Positions 9,905-18,965 of a DNA stretch of 64,000 nt are shown piece after piece (within the stretch, counting starts at the first letter, position 1; each line of letters begins with the position of its first letter). This DNA is from an uncultured virus (IMG/VR IMGVR_UViG_3300044701_002566) (taxonomy: Duplodnaviria; Heunggongvirae; Uroviricota; Caudoviricetes), in the IMG/VR virus record IMGVR_UViG_3300044701_002566. The stretch is one strand, 5' to 3'. A model generated the notes under the pieces. The model was given only the letters and a program-made list of their open reading frames with translations, searched no databases and was not told the DNA's origin. The translations under genes were made by a program, and so were the position numbers.

Positions 9905-10161
9905 GCTTCCCAGCCCATCGCGTCAATTTCTGCTTTAAGGTCTTCTGGGATTTCGTAGTTGAAATTGCCAGGTCTTGCGGCGTTGAGTGCCTCACTCAGC
10001 GCCCATTTCATTTTGCTGTTGGCGAATGAAGCTTGATGATTAAGTAAAAGTGCAAATTCAAGAAGCCCTCTATAGTCTCTGGCTTCAAATAATTGCTTCA
10101 GCCGCCTTGAGTTGCTTTCCTCTCTGAAGCCGTCTTCTTCGTGATAATGAAACGTATTCAT
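9901..10161 (-). CDS. Hypothetical protein
   Basis: ORF track; ATG at 10161. Confidence 0.55.
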   Translation of the reverse strand: MNTFHYHEEDGFREESNSRRLKQLFEARDYRGLLEFALLLNHQASFANSKMKWALSEALNAARPGNFNYEIPEDLKAEIDAMGWEA

Positions 10162-10322
10162 TTCAAGGGGGCGTGTGCCCAATAATACCCCTCCGAGGCT
10201 AGAGCCGCCACAAAAGGAGAACGGCTGGCAGTGGACATGTTATGGTCTTGGCATGGTTTTCGGACACCGCTACCGAGAAGAAGCAGAATGGAAACTCCAT
10301 TGGATGCGACTGGCTTCTGGCT

Positions 10323-11234
10323 GTGAGGAACTCCGATCCGAGTCTCAGGGCCTACCTCAATGAGGTCGGGCGGCATCCTCTCCTGAAGCAGGAGGAGGAG
10401 GTAGTTCTGGGGCGGAAGGTCCAGAGGCTGATCGAACTTGAAGAAAAGATAAAGTCAGGGGAGCCCCTCGATGTCCAGGAGGAATCAGAGGTCTTCGTGG
10501 GGCGAAGAGCAAAGCAAAAATTTGTCAATTCAAATCTTAGACTTGTCGTTGACTTAGCCAAAAATTATCACCATTACTGTAGAAGCCTTGAGCTTGTAGA
10601 TTTAATCCAGGAAGGCAATATAGCCTTGATAAGGGCGGTAGAAAAGTTTGATTACAGCAGAGGCTATAAATTTTCAACTTACTGCTACTGGTGGATTCGT
10701 CAAGCAATGCAAAGAGCAATTGGCTCTCTTGACTCGCCCATCAGGCTTCCAACCAGCTTCAGAGATACAATCTTCAAGCTGAATAGGTCAGTAGAAAAGC
10801 TGACGAAAGAATTGAATCGACGCCCAACATTCGATGAAATCGCAGAGGAACTAGGACTAAGCGCAGAGGTGCTGATGTTGGTAATTCAAAGATCACAGGC
10901 AATTATGAGTCTTGACGCTTCCATCGAGTGCGAAGAGTCAAGTGTTACTATCACTGATAGCATCGAAGACCTGAACAATGTAAATACCATTGAAAGTCTT
11001 GAGTTTGACGTAATGATGGAAGAGCTGTTTTTCGCCCTTGAAAACTTTCTTGATGATGTCGCAAGGTATGTGGTTGTTGAAAGATCTCGCCCCTCACCTA
11101 CAGCCTGGAGGGAGCTTGAGGTCTCCACTGGTTTGAGCAAGATCAGACTTCAGAGAATCGAAAGAGAAGCAATTGAGAAGTGCAGAGTAATGATTGAAAC
11201 TCACAAAAACATGGGCCTTGGCTTCGATAACTAG
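10323..11234 (+). CDS. Sigma-70 family factor (RpoD/group-2-like); start uncertain (10242-10323)
   Basis: YLNEVGRHPLL (region 1.2), NLRLVV, DLIQEGN, KFDYSRGYKFSTYCYWWIRQAM, and regions 3-4. Confidence 0.93.
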   Translation: MRNSDPSLRAYLNEVGRHPLLKQEEEVVLGRKVQRLIELEEKIKSGEPLDVQEESEVFVGRRAKQKFVNSNLRLVVDLAKNYHHYCRSLELVDLIQEGNIALIRAVEKFDYSRGYKFSTYCYWWIRQAMQRAIGSLDSPIRLPTSFRDTIFKLNRSVEKLTKELNRRPTFDEIAEELGLSAEVLMLVIQRSQAIMSLDASIECEESSVTITDSIEDLNNVNTIESLEFDVMMEELFFALENFLDDVARYVVVERSRPSPTAWRELEVSTGLSKIRLQRIEREAIEKCRVMIETHKNMGLGFDN

Positions 11235-12091
11235 CAGGCTGGCATTAGCGAGATTTCCACGCCCCCACTCTTTCTTGGGCGCAGACGCATCCAAATCCCC
11301 CCGAGAGACTTGGGCATCACAATCTTTTCAGTCGCCCATCCAGCACCAGAGCTGAATTCATTCTTATATGTACCACATTGAACATGCCATCTTTGTTCGA
11401 TCCACACATTGCCATTGTCGGCAACTCTGTAGCAAGGGTGAGACACAATAGACCTTTCATGGTTATGCCCGTTTACAATTACATCGGCGTCCGGGGCAAT
11501 TTGCGCATATCTGCCCCCTCCCATTACGCCCTTCGTGATAATCCCTCCCCAAGTTCCATGATGGAAAAAGAGAGTGCAGCGCCTTACAGATCCCCCATTC
11601 TTGCTAAACACAAATCTTACGAACCCCTGGTAATTCATGTGCTCGACCCTTGAGCCGTCCTCTTTCATAAGGCGTGCAACATTGTCGAGCGGATTGATCT
11701 CTTGATTATTGATAACAGCAGTTTCATGGTTTCCATCGCCCATCATCAAGATCATTGATGCGTAGGGGCGGAGAAACTCAGCGGATTCTCTAAAGACAAG
11801 ATCAAAGTAATTATCGCCCATATGCTCTGGCCTGACGCTCCCCTTACTGCCTCTTCTATCTTTTTTGCCCTGCATCAAACACAAGACATCCCCAAACATC
11901 AACACACTTCCGCCCATTTCCTTGCATTTTTCAAGGTGCGAAATGAGTAGCTTTCTGTCGCACTTGGGGTTGTCCAGGTGTATGTCAGAAAGCAGCAAGA
12001 AGTTGGCTTCTATTTTGCCGGAGGAGCATTCGTAAGGTACTCGCACCTCAAGCAGTTGTTCTGAAAGTCTTGAGGCGGTCAGGTTTGTCAC
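11231..12091 (-). CDS. Calcineurin-like metallophosphoesterase
   Basis: SDIH, FGD, GNHE, HHG and GHNH motifs; GTGA overlap with the endolysin stop. Confidence 0.85.
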   Translation of the reverse strand: MTNLTASRLSEQLLEVRVPYECSSGKIEANFLLLSDIHLDNPKCDRKLLISHLEKCKEMGGSVLMFGDVLCLMQGKKDRRGSKGSVRPEHMGDNYFDLVFRESAEFLRPYASMILMMGDGNHETAVINNQEINPLDNVARLMKEDGSRVEHMNYQGFVRFVFSKNGGSVRRCTLFFHHGTWGGIITKGVMGGGRYAQIAPDADVIVNGHNHERSIVSHPCYRVADNGNVWIEQRWHVQCGTYKNEFSSGAGWATEKIVMPKSLGGIWMRLRPRKSGGVEISLMPAC

Positions 12092-13272
12092 GGGGACTCT
12101 TGATAGACGCTCACAAACACTCTGCCCATTCTGGTCAGCGGTAGAAGCCTGTCTCTCAAGTGCTGGTTGTGCATACGAATGCAGCCGAGGGTTGGATAGA
12201 GCTTCTGCATCGGAGCCCATGCCTGGGGCCATCCACATGCCGATCCGCCCCCGTGAATCATTACACCGGCCCGCCCATTCCTTCTTTCCTGATTTTCAAG
12301 ATCAACAAGGTCAAAGCTGTACCAGCCATAAGACATCAGAGTTCTGTCAAACTGAGGCGATTCGCCAACTTTTTCATAATCCTTGTAGATGTCGCCAATC
12401 TTGTAAAGACCTGGGGGCGTGTCAGATCCCTTGCTTCTGAAATCAATTTCAGAGCCCTGCCCCCTGGCAAGCATGGGAACTTCCCAGAGTCTTGTCCCTG
12501 CGAATGAGAAAGCCTGCGCAGTTTCAGAAATATCATTAACAATAACATGACTATCACCTGGCTTGAAATCAAAGCAATGAGGTGTTTTCTTTGGCCCAAC
12601 TGCCCCTTTGATCACCGTTGGGATTGGGGGCGGAAGAGGTGGGATTGCAGGCTTTGCAGAGGAGGGCGAAGAAGCGTTCTCATTCATTAGTCGAATGAGC
12701 TTGGCTGCATAGTCGGGGTCTGTTGCATAGCCCTCAGATACCAGCATTCTTGCCGCATCTTCCTTTGTGGGCGCATTATTTACGCCCTTGTATCCCTTGT
12801 AGTCTTTGTACCACTTATCGACCAGATATTTTACCGATTCACTGGGCGTGGGGAAATCAAGGAAATTGGCTTCAGTTGTAATCCATTTGCCATTTACAAA
12901 TTCTTTCGTCCCTGCTTTTGTCCCCGCCCCCTTGAGCCCGAAATAGTTGTTTACCCCGGACGTGTGCTTGCCCCAGCCGCTCTCCAGAGCCCACTGAGCG
13001 GCCACGAGATCAGGGAACCTCGCCCCGGCCTCCTGGGCCAGGGAGACGAACTGAGGCCAGCCAGACGGCCCCACGGTGGGCACCAGGGAGAGAGTGGGCG
13101 CCTTCGTCTCCACTGCTGCAATCCACAGATCCCTCAGCTCACCGCCCTCCTGAAGCGCCTTGGGGTCAAGCTCCTCGACTCGATCGAGCAAGGCTTGAAA
13201 GAATGCTCGATGGTGAGACTTGCTCTTGTCGAAATGATCGACATAGTTATTGGTGGGGATTTTGCCAGTCAT
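12088..13272 (-). CDS. Modular endolysin: GH73/FlgJ glucosaminidase plus C-terminal YkuD L,D-transpeptidase-like domain
   Basis: AAQWALESGWG, NNYFGLK, GYATDPDYAAKL; IHGGG...TLGCIRM. Confidence 0.85.
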   Translation of the reverse strand: MTGKIPTNNYVDHFDKSKSHHRAFFQALLDRVEELDPKALQEGGELRDLWIAAVETKAPTLSLVPTVGPSGWPQFVSLAQEAGARFPDLVAAQWALESGWGKHTSGVNNYFGLKGAGTKAGTKEFVNGKWITTEANFLDFPTPSESVKYLVDKWYKDYKGYKGVNNAPTKEDAARMLVSEGYATDPDYAAKLIRLMNENASSPSSAKPAIPPLPPPIPTVIKGAVGPKKTPHCFDFKPGDSHVIVNDISETAQAFSFAGTRLWEVPMLARGQGSEIDFRSKGSDTPPGLYKIGDIYKDYEKVGESPQFDRTLMSYGWYSFDLVDLENQERRNGRAGVMIHGGGSACGWPQAWAPMQKLYPTLGCIRMHNQHLRDRLLPLTRMGRVFVSVYQESP

Positions 13273-13273
13273 T

Positions 13274-13765
13274 TCATCGCCCTCTGTCTTGATTTTTCAG
13301 AGCTTTTTGAACTTGATGCCTGCTGATTTGAAAGTATTCGGCAACCTGTTTCTGCGTCATCCCCTGAGCATAAAGCTCTCGGATCTCCTGCCTCGATGGC
13401 CCATCTTCGGGCTCGGGCGGGTCAAGAACAAGTTCTCGGGGCGGAAGAAGAATTGCAGGTTCCTCCTTCCTTAGGTTTTCGTTATAAGTATTAAAGCCTC
13501 CCCATCCAGCCAGCAGAATCAGGGGGCCTGAGATGAGGCCGCTCATGTTGGCCTCAACTACTTTGTCGCACTGGCCCGAGCCGGTTTGATAACGAATGCA
13601 GTCTACAATTTTGTAGCCGCTGATAAACATTGAAACTACGCCTGCAATGATCGGCCCCCCAAGAGCCACGGGGGCGAGAGAAGGCTGACTCCTGATTGCG
13701 TTCTGAGCCCCATTGAGCACAGAGGCAGCAGTGTTTGAGTTAAAAAGCGACTGAAGGATTTTCAT
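13274..13765 (-). CDS. Membrane protein with C-terminal helix-turn-helix
   Basis: Two hydrophobic segments; GMTQKQVAEYFQISRHQVQKAL. Confidence 0.65.
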   Translation of the reverse strand: MKILQSLFNSNTAASVLNGAQNAIRSQPSLAPVALGGPIIAGVVSMFISGYKIVDCIRYQTGSGQCDKVVEANMSGLISGPLILLAGWGGFNTYNENLRKEEPAILLPPRELVLDPPEPEDGPSRQEIRELYAQGMTQKQVAEYFQISRHQVQKALKNQDRGR

Positions 13766-14040
13766 TGATTGATTTCAAGTTTGATAACTCGACGGTCGAG
13801 CTGGTCAACGGTTTCTTCGATTTTTTGAAAACGCTCACCAAATACATCCTGATTTTTCAGGATCTGTGTAATTTGGTTCTCAAGTTGTTGCAACCGCCCC
13901 GGCAGGCTCATGACCAGCCAGCCCATGCCGGTTGCAGTACCGACAATGGCAGCGGCAAGAACTGTTGCTGAAGTTCCCTGTGCAACCTGGATCAGAGAAA
14001 AGCTTTTTCCCTGCTCCTTTGGTTTTTCGGAATCAGGCAT
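13762..14040 (-). CDS. Holin-like membrane plus coiled-coil protein
   Basis: One transmembrane segment then a coiled coil; sits upstream of the endolysin. Confidence 0.55.
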   Translation of the reverse strand: MPDSEKPKEQGKSFSLIQVAQGTSATVLAAAIVGTATGMGWLVMSLPGRLQQLENQITQILKNQDVFGERFQKIEETVDQLDRRVIKLEINQ

Positions 14041-14099
14041 GAAAAAGCAGCCTCTGCTAACAGGATAGCCTCGGCAAGAAACTTAACGATCTGAAAGGC

Positions 14100-14651
14100 T
14101 TATGGATACGACTGTCCTGGCGCAAGCGCGTAAAACTCGGACACTGCAAGCCAGCTATTCGGATTCCTGATTCGCACATAGCGAGCCGTGAAGTTAACAG
14201 AAAAGGTATAGATGCCTTCTGCGGCGAAAGTGCCAGTATTGAACGCAGTCGTCCAGGAGCTGCCATCAAGAGAGTGCTCAACAATGCAGTTCTCTGTGTA
14301 GAACTTTGACCATCCCCCTGGTATGTTTGCGGTCGCAGTTCCCACGACGACGGTGCCCACTACATAAAGCTGCCCTAAATCCGCTTGCACCCATCCAGGG
14401 TTGCCTGTAGCAGTGCCTGTGTTCGTAAACGAACCATCGGTCATGTTTGCATTTGTAGCATTCGCCACGCCAGCGCCATAGTTTAATGACTGTGTATAAG
14501 CAATAGATGCAACGTTTATGTTTGTGATGCCCAGAGGCCAAATTCCTTCACGCTTTGCCACACCTTGCTCATTCTGAAACCACAGCCCTGATGCCACCTC
14601 AAGATTCAGCACCCTGCGCTTCCCAAGCAGCCCGCCATTGAACCCCAGCAT
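14100..14651 (-). CDS. Tail accessory protein with F5/8 type C (discoidin) domain, copy 1
   Basis: WVQADLG, SLDGSSWT, TARYVRI; N-terminal ASGLW...EQ...GIWP. Confidence 0.8.
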   Translation of the reverse strand: MLGFNGGLLGKRRVLNLEVASGLWFQNEQGVAKREGIWPLGITNINVASIAYTQSLNYGAGVANATNANMTDGSFTNTGTATGNPGWVQADLGQLYVVGTVVVGTATANIPGGWSKFYTENCIVEHSLDGSSWTTAFNTGTFAAEGIYTFSVNFTARYVRIRNPNSWLAVSEFYALAPGQSYP

Positions 14652-15010
14652 CAGGCGATCTCCTCGTAGCAAATCACCAGCTCCAGGTCACCAGCAGCAC
14701 TCGCCTTGGCCCTAAGGCTGTGCCCTTCCTCCAGGTAGATCGGCGCCTCTCGCGTCACCAGCATCTGAGTGGCATCCGCCGGCACTGCGATCATCTTGGC
14801 CAGGCTGTAGTCCGTTGTGCCGTTGTAGTGCGTCAGGTCAATGTCTGCCGCTGCTGCACCATCCACATTGGCGCAATACACCGACACCACTTTTAGAGCC
14901 TTGCCCGATGCGGCACCATTGCTCAACGCAGCAGCCAGTGAAGTCGTCACGGCATAGCCCACAGTTTTACCTGTGACGGTTGTTGGCGATTTGAGATTGG
15001 GGGCGGCCAT
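14651..15010 (-). CDS. Virion adaptor-like protein (MAAPN...), copy 1
   Basis: TGATG-coupled to the discoidin gene; duplicate at 23903-24262. Confidence 0.75.
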   Translation of the reverse strand: MAAPNLKSPTTVTGKTVGYAVTTSLAAALSNGAASGKALKVVSVYCANVDGAAAADIDLTHYNGTTDYSLAKMIAVPADATQMLVTREAPIYLEEGHSLRAKASAAGDLELVICYEEIA

Positions 15011-15054
15011 AAAATTTACAGTTAAACTGCTGAGTGAAACCTGCTATCAATATT

Positions 15055-15222
15055 CTAGGAGCCCCACCAGTCGGGATAGCTCTCTGCCCACCAACTGTAA
15101 TTTTGCTCCGCCCAGCTATCCCAGAATTCGGGGGCTGGCTCCTCTGGTTCTTCGTAGAGGTATCTCAGGGCTGGAATGCCCTGTGGCCAAATCTGCCCGG
15201 AAGATGGGACGGGGGCGACCAT
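15055..15222 (-). CDS. 55-aa micro-ORF with GQIWP motif and Trp-rich C-terminal motif
   Basis: Hand translation: MVAPVPSSGQIWPQG...EFWDSWAEQNYSWWAESYPDWWGS*. Confidence 0.7.
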   Translation of the reverse strand: MVAPVPSSGQIWPQGIPALRYLYEEPEEPAPEFWDSWAEQNYSWWAESYPDWWGS

Positions 15223-15224
15223 GA

Positions 15225-15440
15225 TTAAACGAATCCAAGCGGCCAGATCTGGCCAGTTGTGGGAATTGCAAGAGGGGGCGGAGCAGGAGTTTCTCCACTA
15301 AAGGAGACGGCAAAGCTGCCGCCTTGCACAATCTTCGTGGATTGCCAGTAAGGCGAAGTAGTGGCGGTGATGCCATTCAGGCTGATGCCCGAGAGCGTGA
15401 CACTGGCCTGCCCTGCCGGGCTTTGATTGATGGTGGCCAT
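15225..15440 (-). CDS. Small virion-associated protein ending PTTGQIWPLGFV
   Basis: TGATG-coupled ORF. Confidence 0.65.
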   Translation of the reverse strand: MATINQSPAGQASVTLSGISLNGITATTSPYWQSTKIVQGGSFAVSFSGETPAPPPLAIPTTGQIWPLGFV

Positions 15441-16477
15441 CAGACCATCCTCGCCAGGAACAGCGGAGAGGCGCCTGTGACGGCGGAAGTGTTGGCGGCG
15501 AAGTCAAGCACCTCCCACTCTTCAGTGCCTGCGCTCACGACGAACGTATCGCCAGGACTGAAAGTGTTGGTGGCGTAGTGGAAGGTCAGGCCGAAGTCAG
15601 CAGGCAGCGGGTCCGTGATGTACGGCATGAACGGCATACTGTGAAATACGGGATTACTGTTGCTGGTGAAGGCAGGGTTTGCGCTGCTGAAATTAACGGG
15701 AAGAAGTATGGCTGAACCCGGAAGGTTTCCAAGTGAGCCAAACATAGCCCGGCTATTGCCATCAAAATTATTAGACTGCACTCCAATGGCGCCATACGTT
15801 ACCAGTCGCAGGTCCGCTGAATAGCTAGCATAATCGTTGAGGTTTGTTGAACCATTAAGGGCTGACCCAATGACAAGATCGCGTCTTAGCGCTGGCCCCC
15901 TAGTAGAACGTATTACTCCGGACCCCCTGTTATTCGAAATCGCAACCGTTGAACATTCAATCCTGGTATACCCATTAAAAAATCCCTTGCTTAAATCCAT
16001 CCAAGGCTGAGTATCTTTAGCTCCATTTGCAATTGTAAATGATTGCCTTGTCGAGCTGTATTTTACAACAAACCAGCTCTGATTAACGTCTGCTCCGCTT
16101 GTATAGCGTACTAGCTCGACAGTGCTCGTTGTAGATGCACTAAGCATGTTCCAGTGATTACCGGTTGTGTTCGTCGTCGTAGCGAAATAATCCAGGTACT
16201 GCGTGCCGGTCGGTACATGCGTCGTGGCATTCCAGCCTGTCGCCACATGCAGATACACCCCTCCAGTCGTAAACATCCACCAGTAGTAAGTGGTGCCGTA
16301 GGTCTTTGTATTGTCGTACTCAACTTTGAGGATGCGGTTCTCCACGCTTCCGCTCAGGAAGCTGTCGAACCAACTCGCCATTAGCCCTGCGTCAATGAAC
16401 GCATCGCGGAAGATGTCAGCTAACTGCGAAGCCGTCCAGGTGGCGGTGGCGGTGTAAGTTTCCTTGGTGCAGGCCAT
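15440..16477 (-). CDS. Putative tail-associated structural protein
   Basis: Thr/Ser/Gly-rich 345 aa protein in the tail cluster. Confidence 0.7.
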   Translation of the reverse strand: MACTKETYTATATWTASQLADIFRDAFIDAGLMASWFDSFLSGSVENRILKVEYDNTKTYGTTYYWWMFTTGGVYLHVATGWNATTHVPTGTQYLDYFATTTNTTGNHWNMLSASTTSTVELVRYTSGADVNQSWFVVKYSSTRQSFTIANGAKDTQPWMDLSKGFFNGYTRIECSTVAISNNRGSGVIRSTRGPALRRDLVIGSALNGSTNLNDYASYSADLRLVTYGAIGVQSNNFDGNSRAMFGSLGNLPGSAILLPVNFSSANPAFTSNSNPVFHSMPFMPYITDPLPADFGLTFHYATNTFSPGDTFVVSAGTEEWEVLDFAANTSAVTGASPLFLARMV

Positions 16478-16615
16478 GACGACAGATTCCTAAGTGGCAA
16501 TGATAAGAGACAATGGGAAATGGAAAGACTTAGCCTTCGCCATTGCCAGCAACAATCAACTGAGTGGAATCATTTTCAAGCGTTGTAAGCACGTCGCTAG
16601 TAAAGGCTTTCATCA

Positions 16616-17206
16616 TCAGTTCCTGGAGTAGGTGCGCTGCACAGTTGCAATGCCGCTCACCCAGTAATAGCGTTCTCCACTGGCATTGGTAAGGCTCACG
16701 TCGTAACCATAGCGCCCAGATTCCAAGCCGGAAGTGGTAGTCGCTGCCATCACCATGTCAAACAAACCATTAGCCGCATCTGTTGCAGTGCAACTAAACG
16801 TTGCCACTTGCGTGCCGCTAATCTCTTGCGCCAAGTCAGCATCAATGGTATAGCCGCTCAAGTTGACGGGAGTAGCAACATAGAACGTGCCGCTGCCGGC
16901 ATCATCAACGACGATAGAAGTCCCGGAAGAAGTGGTGCTCACATAGAACTCATCGTCCGTGAGTCCGCTGCTCATGACGTAATAGACAGTGTTCGCATCA
17001 ACGTCGCAAGGCAGGGTTGACGTGCCTGATGGAGCAAACACCACTTTGCCACTGGCCGTGAGTTTGTGGCATGGTGCAACAAACTTGGGCACACTCAAGG
17101 TGACAACTACACTGGTGACAGTCTTACGCCTTTGCGTCACCCTCAGAGAAGTCTTGTAGGTGGAGTTCTGGAGGATGGTAATGTCGTAAGATGCGGGATA
17201 GATCAT
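16616..17206 (-). CDS. Putative tail fibre adaptor/baseplate-associated protein
   Basis: PASYDITILQ, PVNLSGYT and YGYDV pattern of BppU-like adaptors. Confidence 0.6.
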   Translation of the reverse strand: MIYPASYDITILQNSTYKTSLRVTQRRKTVTSVVVTLSVPKFVAPCHKLTASGKVVFAPSGTSTLPCDVDANTVYYVMSSGLTDDEFYVSTTSSGTSIVVDDAGSGTFYVATPVNLSGYTIDADLAQEISGTQVATFSCTATDAANGLFDMVMAATTTSGLESGRYGYDVSLTNASGERYYWVSGIATVQRTYSRN

Positions 17207-17255
17207 CGCTTGCCAGGCAGTTCCACCATTCTAAGCATAGCCATAAACGAAGGCG

Positions 17256-18488
17256 TTATACCACCTCTCGCCACCCCAGAAGACCCGTAGCATTTTCCGA
17301 TGAACTGCATTGAACAGTCAGCGCGATCACGTCGCTAACTCCGCTGATGGTTTGCCCAAGGGCAAGCTCGATGCCGCTTTCAGGATCAAATTCAATCGAG
17401 CTTCTTGATGCAACCAGTCCAGCGCCAACGATGGTGCCGCCGCTGAATGTTCCACTACTCATCACCTCTACATTGCCACGACCATTGCTAGCAGAAAGCC
17501 AGGTGCCGCTGATCGTTGGATTCAGCCGCAGCCTCCACTGCGCCACCACGTTGGATGCAGGATTGCCGCCAACGCTTGCATCAACTTGCGCTGGAATGAT
17601 CACATTGTCAGTGCGTCCACTTGCCATGCGAATGGCAGCCACCATCGTCTCGCTTGTAATGGCAGCAAAGTTGTCCACACCACGTCCTGCCGTGTAGATG
17701 GGACCAGTCGGCTGATAGCCACCCTCGCTGGTCACGTTGGAGCAAATCTGCTTCAGCCGAGCCGGGGAGGCGATGGTGGAAGTAGTGGCAATCCTATAAG
17801 ACAACGGCAGGATGGCTGAAGTCATGTAGACAGTATCAATGTTATTGGCATGATTGAACTCATGGCAATAGCGCATCTCACCATCAATGACAAACCCTGC
17901 CCTTACGCGCCCCACGCCCAGCCATTCAAAGTCCACTGCAAGAATGTTGGCCTTGGAGAAGTCAAAGCCAGGGAATGTGTCGATGTTCCATGCGCTCTGC
18001 GCTACTGCCGTCTCCACTGGAGAGCCAGTCACTGAGCTGCGGATGACCAGCTTAATGTCTTCTCCATCCGCCCTGAGGATGATGCCATTTTCATCATCAA
18101 AGTAGCCAAGCTCTTGCACTAGCCCTTGCATAGGCTCGTTGCCAACAAAGCTCGTCAGCACCAGCATGGACTTCCCAGGCTGATAAGGAAAGTGCCTGCG
18201 AGTGCGTCGCAATGCACTGTCGCCAGAGGCAGTAGTTACTGTCAGCTCAAGAGAGCTTTCGTTTGTCAGGTAGTTGGTCGCTCCAGAACCAACTGTCCTT
18301 TCGTCCCATTGATCTGTGCGCTTGCTATAGCGCAGCATGGAGTCAAATAGTTTGAATGGCTGGCTGAAGCGTTGCCTGCCAAACGCATCAAACATGCCAC
18401 TGTCAGGGCCTTGCTGAAGCAGTTGTCCGCGATGGTCTGCTTGGATGTGCGTTTCAAACTGCTCTCCACCGCGAACAACTTGTCCCAT
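17256..18488 (-). CDS. Virion structural protein (beta-rich)
   Basis: DAFGRQR, YQPGKS and EWLGVGRVRAGF motifs; tail context. Confidence 0.65.
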   Translation of the reverse strand: MGQVVRGGEQFETHIQADHRGQLLQQGPDSGMFDAFGRQRFSQPFKLFDSMLRYSKRTDQWDERTVGSGATNYLTNESSLELTVTTASGDSALRRTRRHFPYQPGKSMLVLTSFVGNEPMQGLVQELGYFDDENGIILRADGEDIKLVIRSSVTGSPVETAVAQSAWNIDTFPGFDFSKANILAVDFEWLGVGRVRAGFVIDGEMRYCHEFNHANNIDTVYMTSAILPLSYRIATTSTIASPARLKQICSNVTSEGGYQPTGPIYTAGRGVDNFAAITSETMVAAIRMASGRTDNVIIPAQVDASVGGNPASNVVAQWRLRLNPTISGTWLSASNGRGNVEVMSSGTFSGGTIVGAGLVASRSSIEFDPESGIELALGQTISGVSDVIALTVQCSSSENATGLLGWREVV

Positions 18489-18491
18489 TTT

Positions 18492-18746
18492 TTATTCCAT
18501 GGCGTCAGTCTTCAGTGTAACGTCTCCACGTCGCAGGAAGCCATACTCCTCTTCCATGTCAATGAAAGCGTTGAGGATGGAAATAGGCAGGTAGCCAGTA
18601 GCCATAGCAAACCGAAAGAATCCTTCGCACAATGCGCGTGCATTGTCGTTGGAGATGGTGATGTTCACTTCTTCGTAAGAAGGGCCAAAGTCTGCCTCTT
18701 CAGTGGAGAAGCGATGGGAAAAGGAAACAGTGTTGACGAAGGCCAT
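18492..18746 (-). CDS. Hypothetical protein
   Basis: ORF track; ATG at 18746. Confidence 0.6.
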   Translation of the reverse strand: MAFVNTVSFSHRFSTEEADFGPSYEEVNITISNDNARALCEGFFRFAMATGYLPISILNAFIDMEEEYGFLRRGDVTLKTDAME

Positions 18747-18797
18747 GGAAAAACAAAGGGGCCACCAAACGGTAGCCCCCTGTATGTCCATTGTCAA

Positions 18798-18941
18798 TCA
18801 GTTTTTACCTTGGCCGATCCGTAGCTTGCGAGTGCCGCGAGGCTTGCTATTGCGCCTGCTGTTGCCTTGCCTAGTGGTCTTGGGCTTGTGGACGATGATC
18901 AGCTTGGTGCTGGAGGTGCCTGCCTTGATCTTGACTGCCAT
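18798..18941 (-). CDS. 47-aa basic peptide (KPKTTRQG...RIGQG)
   Basis: Hand translation; fills the gap between tail genes. Confidence 0.6.
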   Translation of the reverse strand: MAVKIKAGTSSTKLIIVHKPKTTRQGNSRRNSKPRGTRKLRIGQGKN

Positions 18942-18965
18942 GGAGGGGCGACGGAAAGGAACAGT

